Shown one piece after another: positions 50,301 to 57,500 of a DNA stretch of 64,000 bases. The DNA comes from Natator depressus (taxonomy: Eukaryota): contig NC_134246.1 in the NCBI RefSeq assembly GCF_965152275.1, positions 34,468,151 to 34,532,150 of the forward strand, given 5' to 3'. The first letter of the stretch is position 1; every line of letters begins with the position of its first letter. The translations under genes and the position numbers were made by a program. The notes under the pieces were generated by a model. That model saw nothing but the letters and a program-made list of their open reading frames with translations. It ran no database searches and was not told the DNA's origin.

Positions 50301-51799
50301 AGCTGGGATTCCTGGGCACACATTTTAGATGCTAAACTATTGGAAGGGGGAAGAGCCATAAAACCAGGGCTGGAGCAAACAGCTGGCAGAAAGAGGCCGA
50401 CAGAGCGTGGGCACTGTAGTTCGCCACCCCTCACCTGTGCTCTCTCCCCCGGCTCCGGGGTTGGGGCTGGCCCCACCATCCCGGGGTCTCTTTGGTGCTG
50501 AGGGCCGTTGTGGGGATGAGAAGCCAGGGACAGAGCTGGGCTCAGATGCCCCATCGTCATCCACAGCATCTGTGGAGAGAGGCCACAGGTCAGAGGGGGA
50601 GGGGAGGGTGCCACACCCCAGAGCTGGCCGCATCTCAGTGCCAGGCGAGCCACCCTGTGCATCGTCGCTATGACCCAGCTATGCCTAGCATCAGATTCTC
50701 CGGCCAGCTCCCTGGGGGATGATTAACGACTATCGAGCTTACGCTCTGATAGCGAGGCCTGCCCCACTCCGGGTACCTGAGACCTGCTCACCAACCGGAA
50801 CTGGGCCCTGGGAGCCTGAACCCCTTCCCCCAGCTTCCCACAGAGCCCGCTCTACCCACTAGGCCCCACTCACCTCCCAGAGCCAGGGAGAGAACCCAGG
50901 AGTCCTGGCTCCCTTCGTACCTGACTCCCTCCGTTCCATCCGGCGCTGGTGTCCGGTTCTGACGTTGGTCTGGGTCATCTGGGCCGTGTCCAATGTGTAG
51001 CGGGTCTGGCTGAACGTCACCTCTAGGCTGGGCCCCCCGTTGCCGCGCCGCGCACCCTCCAGCGCCAGGCAGGTGTCGGCAGGGTAGGGCAGCCACTGCC
51101 CCTCTTTGTCCCCCTGCCAGCACCACACGAAATCTGGGCCGCGGGCATCCTGTTAGCTCCCTGCTGGCGCTAACCCCTAGGGGGCCCTGCAGCTCCCAGC
51201 CTCTGGGGCAGTGACTGTGACGGGGCATTGGACCCAGGTGTCTAGGTGGCTGTGCAGGGTGTTCACCCCTGGGGGCCCCACAGCTCCCAGCGTCTGGGGC
51301 AGTGACCATGACTGGGCATGGGACCCAGGTGTCCGGGCAGCAGAGCAGGGTGTTCACCCCTAGGGGGCCCCATAACTCGGGGGAGTGATCAGGACAGGGC
51401 ATGGGACCCAGGCGTCCGGGACAACACTGCTCCCCCCACCAGGGCTCCCTGGGCACTCACAGGAGTCCTGGTCCTGGATGGCTGCTGCCACGCATCTGTC
51501 CTGCCCCATCTGTCCGTTCTGCTGCACCATCCGCCGCAGGTCCACACAGGAGCCCACAGTCACGCTGGGCTTCCCTGCCCTGGGGGGAGATGGAAGCGGC
51601 TCAGGGCCTGTGACTCCCCCACCACAGCCCAGGTCACGACATGCCCCCGCCAGGGCACTCACCTGGCCGCTTGTGTCAGTACCTCGCTCTGCTCAGGCAC
51701 GAAGCAATGCCAGGTGCCGCCAGGGTCCTGCCACTCCCAGCGCAGCTCCAGTGCCAGGCCCACGTCTCCTGCCTCGGCTACCCTCCGCTTCCGGCTCAT
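44173..51799 (-). CDS. PARP2: PARP2 (poly(ADP-ribose) polymerase 2): coding region of about 18 exons (span includes introns), with an N-terminal extension encoding two WWE domains
   Basis: Minus-strand exons, approximate coordinates (±2): A 51663-51799, B 51461-51579, C 50921-51133, D 50435-50569, E 49422-49492, F 49134-49184, G 48899-48998, H 48668-48743, I 48497-48593, J 47997-48150, K 47552-47690, L 46530-46593, M 46312-46446, N 45964-46088, O 45553-45652, P 45305-45403, Q 44958-45083, R 44173-44337. Human PARP2 matches: [16 protein letters not shown] (E), [17 protein letters not shown] (F), [32 protein letters not shown] (G, WGR domain), [26 protein letters not shown] (H), [28 protein letters not shown] (I), [20 protein letters not shown] (J), [23 protein letters not shown]…[17 protein letters not shown] (K), [21 protein letters not shown] (L), [25 protein letters not shown] (M), [18 protein letters not shown] (N), [33 protein letters not shown] (O), [21 protein letters not shown] (P), [10 protein letters not shown] (Q), [33 protein letters not shown] (R). 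Confidence 0.88.
46790..47170 (+). mobile_element. Partial internal copy of the MITE-like family, in PARP2 intron L/M
   Basis: …ggcatgttccccatccgggtcctaggcctaggggcagccagggggctctgcatgctgcc…caatgggagctgtggggg…gaacatgccactgc… It is followed by a 3x tandem of cacccctgagccaggccgcctg at 47095-47165. Confidence 0.45.
48235..48545. repeat. Three to four degenerate tandem copies of the 3' end of PARP2 exon I plus its splice donor
   Basis: On the minus strand: ctgcacatggacagccaacccccc|gtgagtgtgacccc (the real junction, 48480-48545), then ctgcacatggacagctgacccccagtgtgacccc and ctgcacatagacagccggccccctgtgagtgtgacccc (decayed copies). Confidence 0.6.
49640..50170 (+). mobile_element. Degenerate CR1-type LINE reverse-transcriptase fragment, in a PARP2 intron
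   Basis: The frameshifted plus-strand translation gives [21 protein letters not shown] … QAGFTENK … [11 protein letters not shown]. These match the CR1 RT motifs YRPVSLTSIPGKIMEQLIRDS, QHGFMENRS and [13 protein letters not shown]. Confidence 0.6.
50435..50569 (-). CDS. PARP2: PARP2 coding exon D: acidic and basic low-complexity linker with a KRPR nuclear-localisation-like motif
   Basis: Acceptor ctctctccacag|at and donor cacag|gtgagg. Encodes (D)[44 protein letters not shown]. It is phase-compatible both with exon C upstream and with the conserved PARP2 exon E ([17 protein letters not shown]) downstream. Confidence 0.6.
50921..51133 (-). CDS. PARP2: PARP2 coding exon C: complete WWE domain 2
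   Basis: Acceptor ggcccag|at. Encodes (Y)[70 protein letters not shown] with donor tcag|gtacga. This is a textbook WWE: W-x-W-(7)-W-x-Y … LE … Y-x-LD-x-x-x-M-x-Q-x-N-x-x-TG-x-x-R. Confidence 0.6.
51461..51579 (-). CDS. PARP2: PARP2 coding exon B: second half of WWE domain 1
   Basis: Acceptor ttccatctccccccag|g after a ~90-nt intron. Encodes (R)[39 protein letters not shown] with donor ctcct|gtgagtg. It carries the WWE C-terminal signature Y/C-x-[IV]-D-x-x-x-M-x-Q-x-N-x-x-TG-x-x-R. Confidence 0.55.
51663..51799 (-). CDS. PARP2: PARP2 coding exon A: start codon and first half of WWE domain 1
   Basis: Kozak-like ccaggATGa. Encodes [45 protein letters not shown] with a consensus donor cag|gtgagt that gives phase 2. 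The basic MSRKRR start resembles the mammalian PARP2 start MAARRRRS. Confidence 0.6.
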
Positions 51800-51879
51800 C
51801 CTGGGAGTGACGAGGGGGCTGGCGAGCAGAGAGAAAGGAGGCAGGGATCCACAGACTGTGATCCCCAAGCCATATAGCC

Positions 51880-52470
51880 CCATATGAACCATTCTACTGC
51901 AATCCATACAGCCCTGTATGGACCAGCACCGCTCCAGGCCATATAGCCCTATACAGACCATCCTACCGAAATCCATACAGCCTGTATGGACCAGCACACA
52001 CACATCCCAGGTCATATAGCCCCATACAGACCATTCTACTGCCATCCATACAGCCATGTGTGGACCACCCCCCCTTCCAGGCCATATAGCCCTGTACAGA
52101 CCATCCTATCGAAATCCATATAGCCCTGTATGTACCATCACAACCCCCGCCCCCAGGTCCTAGAGCCCCAGATGGGCCATTGTACTGCAATCCACAGAGT
52201 CTCTTATCCACCCCTCCGGCAATATAACCCTATATTGACCAGGCTACGGCAATCCATACAGCTTTGTGTGGATCAGCAGCCCCCCCCCCCCCATTTAGCC
52301 CTATACAGACCAGCCTATGGAGATCCACGCAGCCCTGTATATACCAGCAAAACCCAGCCCTGTATGAATGAGCATGTCCCCTCCCGTCCCCCGGCCAATC
52401 ACACAGCCCTATATGGACCATCCCACCATAATCTACGGAGCCATCCATGAACCAGTTCCCTCCCCTGCTG
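51880..52470. repeat. Satellite-like tandem array (~66-bp unit ×~9) in which each unit holds the palindrome CCATACAG-CC-CTGTATGG, starting ~80 bp upstream of the PARP2 ATG
   Basis: Unit ≈ ccaggccatatagccctatacagaccatcctaccgaaatccatacagccctgtatggaccagcacc. Dispersed related units are at 53320-53580, 53900-54200 and 54400-54450. Confidence 0.7.
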
Positions 52471-53106
52471 CAACTCTGCAATAGCTCCGGACCCCACTGA
52501 GTCCCCCACCCCCAGTGCAATATCCTAACCCTCCGTGCAATCTGCCCAGGACCCTTACTCCCTGCGCCCAGAACACCCCACCCCCCGACTCCCAGAGCAC
52601 CCCCTCCCCCACTGCATGCCCCCAGGCCGCCACTGCAACCCCAGCCCTGTTGCACCCCCTAGGGTCGCCCTGCATTCCCCCTCAACCCTCCCCCACTGCA
52701 ACCCCAGCTCCATAGCACTCCCTAAGGTCCCTCTGCACCCCTCCCTCACTGCAAACCCACCCCCTTGCACCGCAACCTCTCCCTCACCCTTCCCCCAATG
52801 CTCACCCGCCCCATTGCATCCCCTTAGGGTTCCCCTCCCCCCACCTGGCGGCGCGGCGGCGGCGGCGGCCCTCACCAGCCTGGGCGCTCCAGGGAACGTT
52901 CCAGTAACCGAACTCTCGCGCAGCCCACCCTCATTTGCATATCGCTCATTTGCATTAGCCCCGTCCCCTGCCCTGGGCGGTCGCTGGCGTAGAGGGGCCC
53001 GAGCCCCGCCCCCTAAGCAGTCGGGCGGGTTGGCGCGCAAAGCATTATGGAGACACACACCTAGCTCACCCGCTCGGCGACACTCAACGGCGGGCGGAGC
53101 CGGTTC

Positions 53107-53291
53107 ATTTGCATAGCGGGGGTGGTGCATGCTGGGAGTTCGCGCTCTCCTTTATACCCCCCCTTTAGACCCTTCTTCTGTGCAGAAGTGGAAGGGGTGC
53201 GATTTGCATACGCCATGGCTCATGCCGAAAGTTGCTCCACTCGCTCACCGTCACCTTTTAAGACAGAATATCAGGGAGCGTTATATAGCCC
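53107..53291 (+). promoter_or_regulatory. Pol III type-3 (snRNA/H1-like) promoter module: octamers ATTTGCAT (53107-53114 and 53204-53211), PSE-like TCACCGTCACCTTTTAAGAC (53248-53267), TATA TTATATAG (53284-53291)
   Basis: The octamer to PSE to TATA spacing (PSE start to TATA ~38 bp) is nearly identical to the compact human H1/RPPH1 promoter, where octamer to PSE TCACCATAAACGTGAAATG to TATAAG is 39 bp. Two more octamers lie at 52965-52972 and 52979-52986. The module is on the strand opposite to PARP2, as for mammalian RPPH1. Confidence 0.45.
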
Positions 53292-54946
53292 CTAACCCTA
53301 CCAGGGCTGCCTCTCAGAAGGTGACCAATTCATACTCCCGTCTCCAAGGCCATCCAGAGCTATATAGGCCCTGCAACCTCTCAACAGCCAGTGGTTCAGT
53401 GTGATGGGCCTGAGGGGGTCCACAACCCCACTCAGCCTGCTTCCTCTCAAGTAGACAACGCTGTATGGATCCTGAACCCTCTGTACAGCCACCCTGTATG
53501 TGCCTTGCACCCTCCTTGCTGCCTGCCATAGGTCATATAAACCTGTATGGGCCCTGCAGTCTCCCCACAAACTCATGCAAACCAGCTGTCAGATGGGATA
53601 AACCCCCCCGCCATTCCCCCAGAGCCATGGGGAAGATAAAGTCACTGACAGTTGTGACGGGCTCAGATACTATTGTGAGATCCGGGTCTGTGAATACGGC
53701 CCAGAGCTGCCCACCGACTGAGGAGGCCAACCCAAGATATTGACCTGCTGCTTATTCCATGCAACCGAAAAAGGCAGGGTCTGGGTGCTGGACATCACGC
53801 AACCCTGTTCTTAGGGCTGTAGGGTGATACAGCCCGCATTGAGCCGCTGGCTATGTTTTCAGCAATTGACCTTGTGACCTTCACTTGTTCCCCCTTTGGA
53901 TGCAACAGATAATTACATCAGGGCAATACAGCTTTGTCGGTTGGGATTGCTCTACCCCAGGCCATATATTCCAGTACAGACCAGGAGGTAATTGTATACG
54001 GACCCTTCCCCCAACCCCTTATATGGTTTCACAACCCAATTCAGAGCATTCTCCTCCAAACCCTTTTACATCTGACCTCCTTCCACCCAGGCCTTATTAT
54101 CCCATATTGACCAGCACCCCTTTGTGGGCTCTTACAGAATAAAGCCATCTCACCCACTACAGACACATGCCAGGCCATATATCCCAATCCAATCTGGTCC
54201 ATGCGATCAGGCATAGCTTTTTAATGAGGAGAGTAATTAACCACGGGAACAATGTCCCAGGAACCGGGTGGATTCGCCATCGCTGACACTTTCTAAATCT
54301 TGCTCAGATGTTTCCCCAAAAGACCGGCTCCAGGAATTGTTTGGGACTGTTCTCTGGCCTGTGAGATACTAGGTCAGTCAAGAAGATCACAATGGTCCCT
54401 TATGGCCTTGGAATCTATGAAGCCCCCTGCCTGGGCCGATATAGTCCCATATGGACCACAGGGACTCGTAGCCCAGTTCAGATCACTGGAACCCTCCCCA
54501 AGATCCTGTATAGATGGCCCCAGTCTGGTTATTATAACTCATCCAGACCAGGACTCGGGCAGTTTCGCTAATCCAGCCTATTTCAGGCTGGCCCATAAAG
54601 CCACTACAGACCAGCCCCCCCCCCCCGCCCCCTGTCCCAACTATGGGCCCTTCTGCTCCTCCCCCCATGCAGATTATCTTCTTCCTCTCCCCCCAGATTT
54701 TCAGCTTGCCTCCTCTCACCTGGGAGCTCCGGACCAGGGGAGAGCATTACGCTCACAGTGCATGCTGGGACCATGTGTCCTGCCCCTCCTCCCCACCCAT
54801 GAGCTCTGAGGCTGGGCGTGACCCAGGTGTGGGTAGGACACCACATACCATTGGGGAGGGTGGCTTCCCAGTGGGATGAAGGCCCCTGGGGCCAAGCTCC
54901 CGGCCCCTGAGGAAACAGGGATTGTCTCACAAAACGGTACAAATGC

Positions 54947-54952
54947 TTTATT
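54947..54952 (-). promoter_or_regulatory. AATAAA polyadenylation signal (minus strand), probably for the zinc-finger gene
   Basis: Plus-strand tttatt in caaatgctttatttcaaaacag lies ~480 nt 3' of the ZNF stop codon. Confidence 0.4.
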
Positions 54953-55429
54953 TCAAAACAGAAGCATCTGCCCATCTGAACCCAGCCCCAGCTTCCCCTC
55001 CTCCCCACATGCAGCCTGCAGCCCGCAGCCCATCCTCATCCTCGTGCCGGCGGTAGCTGGGCCCTGAACTCCAGAGCCGGGAGCTGGCAAAGATCCCAGC
55101 GGCCAGCACCTATCTGGTGGTGGAGCTAGCGCCTGGCTCCCAGCACAGTCTGGCTGTAACGGCACCCAGCGATGGAGGGGGCAGTTCCCCGGCTAATTGC
55201 TCTCGAGGTGCAAACACGGCCCCTGAGCTCCCGGCCAACTTCGTCTCACTGCTGCTACTGCAGCTGGGCCTCGTGGCTGGGCAAAGGGGCCGTGCCGAGC
55301 ACTCTCCCTGCCAGGCTGGTGCCAGCCTTCTGCCTGCCCCGCCTCACTGAGGGCCTTTTGGGGGCGCTGCGCCCGGCACGGGCTGAGGAGAGCACAGCGT
55401 CCAAGCATAGCGCTAGGGCCAGGACAGGG

Positions 55430-56803
55430 CTATGTAGTCCCCGTGGCAGAGGACACAGGGCTAGGGCTCTCTGTCTCCAAGGACCCCCAGCGGGCAGCAT
55501 CCCCGGTGGCCGGTGGGCAGCGCCCCTTGGCCCGGGCATGGGTGCGCTGGTGCACCACCATGTTGGAGCGGCGGTGGAAGCGTCGGCCGCACTGTGGGCA
55601 GGCGAAGGGGCGCTCGGCCGTATGGGTGCGCTGGTGACGGATAAGATTGGAGCTGCGGTGGAAGCGTCGGCCGCATTCGGCGCAGGCATAGGGCTGCTCG
55701 CCGGTGTGGGTGCGCCGGTGCACAGTGAGGGCCGAGCTCTGGGCAAAGGCCTTGGGGCAGTCAGGGCAGCGGTAGGGGCGCTCACCGGTGTGGCTGCGCC
55801 GGTGGGTGGCCAGGTGGGAGCTCTGGGCGAAGGCCTTGGGGCAGTCGGGACAGCGGTAGGGCCGCTCGCCAGTGTGTGTGCGGCTGTGCACCACCAGGTC
55901 AGAGCGCTGGGCGAAGCTGCGCCCGCAGTCTCCACAGCGGTAGGGTGATTCCTCCAGGTGGGCCCGCTGGTGGCGCCGGTGCACCGTGCTGTGGGCGAAG
56001 GCCAGGCCGCAGATGCCACAGCGGTAAGGCCGCTCCCCGGTGTGGGAGCGCCAGTGGCGCAGCAGCTCCGAGCTGCCAGGGAAGCCCTTCCCACACTGGG
56101 CGCAGCGGTAAGGCCGATCGGGCTGGTGCGTGCGCCGGTGCTGCGCCAGGTTGGAGCCGGTGCTGAAGCCCTTGCCGCAGTCGGCGCAGCGGTAGGGCCG
56201 CTCCCCGGTGTGGGTGCGGCCATGCACAGCCAGGTCGGCGCGCCGGGCGAAGGCCTTGGGGCAGGAGGGACAGGGGAAGGGGCGCTCACCGGTGTGGGCC
56301 CGCCGGTGCACTGCCAGGTTGGAGCGTTTGCCAAAGCGCCGGCCACACTCGGGGCAGGGGTGGGGGCGCTCGCCCGTGTGTACCCGCCGGTGCTTGGCCA
56401 GGCCCGAGCTCTGGGCGAAGGCCCGGCCACAGTCCTCGCAGGCGTAGGGGCGCTCGCCCGAGTGCGAGCGCCGATGCACAATCAGCGTGGAGCTTTGCGA
56501 GAAGGCCTTGCCGCACACGCTGCACCCGTACCGCCGGGGGCGCACCGGGACAGCCTGTCCCCTGGCCCTCGTCTGCTCCCCCTCCCCCATGGCCTGGCTC
56601 CCATGGTCCCCCTTCCTTCGGCTGCCCAGATCTGAGAGCGTCCCCGTGTCTCCATGTGCCTCTTCCCGCCACACATCCGGCCCTACGTCTCCACTAGCCT
56701 GGTGCCCGCCGTCCCCCTCCTGCTGGGGAGCACTGGCTCCACCCCGCCGCGGGGACGCGAGCCCAGCTGGGGTCAACATCACAGGAGGGGTCCCCTGGGC
56801 CAT
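55430..56803 (-). CDS. C2H2 zinc-finger protein: 13 tandem fingers on a single 457-codon exon
   Basis: Minus-strand ORF MAQGTPPVMLTPAGLASPRRG… followed by 13 repeats of the type Y-x-C-x2-C-x-K/R-x-F-x5-L-x2-H-x-R-x-H-TGE-R/K-P (for example YGCSVCGKAFSQSSTLIVHRRSHSGERPYACEDCGRAFAQSSGLAKHRRVHTGERPHPC…). No KRAB or SCAN domain lies in this exon. The acceptor-like tttctcctcccgcag sits 22 nt upstream of the ATG in an open frame, so upstream coding exons are possible. Confidence 0.8.
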   Translation of the reverse strand: MAQGTPPVMLTPAGLASPRRGGASAPQQEGDGGHQASGDVGPDVWREEAHGDTGTLSDLGSRRKGDHGSQAMGEGEQTRARGQAVPVRPRRYGCSVCGKAFSQSSTLIVHRRSHSGERPYACEDCGRAFAQSSGLAKHRRVHTGERPHPCPECGRRFGKRSNLAVHRRAHTGERPFPCPSCPKAFARRADLAVHGRTHTGERPYRCADCGKGFSTGSNLAQHRRTHQPDRPYRCAQCGKGFPGSSELLRHWRSHTGERPYRCGICGLAFAHSTVHRRHQRAHLEESPYRCGDCGRSFAQRSDLVVHSRTHTGERPYRCPDCPKAFAQSSHLATHRRSHTGERPYRCPDCPKAFAQSSALTVHRRTHTGEQPYACAECGRRFHRSSNLIRHQRTHTAERPFACPQCGRRFHRRSNMVVHQRTHARAKGRCPPATGDAARWGSLETESPSPVSSATGTT

Positions 56804-56879
56804 CCTGCTCCACGTCCCAGCACCTGCGGGAGGAGAAACATCAGGGAGATGGACAGCACCCCAGGCCGGCCTGTCGCCA

Positions 56880-57500
56880 CTCTGGGGGTGGGGAGGGAGG
56901 TGTAGAGTGGGCCAGTTGGCAGCCCGGACTCCTGGGTTCTATCCCAGCTCTGGAAGGGAAGCGGGGGGGGGGTGTCTAGTGGTTTTGGTGGGGGGAACCC
57001 CAACTCCTGTGTTCCAAGCCTAGCGCGGGGGGGGGGGGGGGAGTGGGGACTAGTAGCTTGGGGCGTTGTGGGGCTGGGAGTCCAGCCTCCTGTGTTTTGC
57101 GCCCAGCCCGGGGAGGGGGGTCTAGTGGCTGGCGGGGGAGGGGGCCGGACTCCTGGGTTCCGAGCCCAGCCCGGGGTCTAGTGGCTGGCGGGGGAGGGGG
57201 CCGGACTCCTGGGTTCCGAGCCCAGCCCGGAGTCTGGTGGCTGGCGGGGGAGGGGGCGGGACTCCTGGGTTCCGAGCCCAGGCCGGGGTCTGGTGGCTGG
57301 CGGGGGAGGGGGCCGGACTCCTGGGTTCCGAGCCCAGCCCGGGGACTAGTGGCTGGCAGAGGAGGGGGCCGGACTCCTGGGTTCCGAGCCCAGCCCGGGG
57401 ACTGGTGGTTGGCGGGGGAGGGGGCCGGACTCTTGGGTTCCGAGCCCAGCCCGGGGACTAGCGGCTGGCGGGGGAGGGGGCCGGACTCCTGAGTTCCGAG
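56880..57500. repeat. Tandem array of about 9 SINE-derived units (~59 bp) immediately 5' of the zinc-finger gene
   Basis: Repeating unit gggtctagtggctggcgggggagggggccggactcctgggttccgagcccagcccgg from ~57040 to 57500, preceded by single SINE copies at 56880-57040. Confidence 0.7.

Noticed and set aside
50046-50501. A plus-strand ORF containing a KNWLTDRS-like segment inside the PARP2 locus
   Set aside because: It is a remnant of a CR1 LINE reverse transcriptase with frameshifts, not a gene.
52841-52880. A plus-strand (CGG)n reading LAARRRRR that resembles the mammalian PARP2 N-terminus MAARRRRS
   Set aside because: It is on the wrong strand for PARP2 and is a simple GC trinucleotide repeat. 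The PARP2 start was instead found at 51799 with a consistent exon chain.
54030-54062. An acccaattcagagcattctcctcc stretch resembling the 3' end of human RNase P RNA (ACCCAATTCAGACTACTCTCCTCC)
   Set aside because: The upstream 300 nt show none of the RNase P conserved regions. The stretch is a member of the local palindromic satellite family (compare 52180-52215), so the match is judged coincidental.
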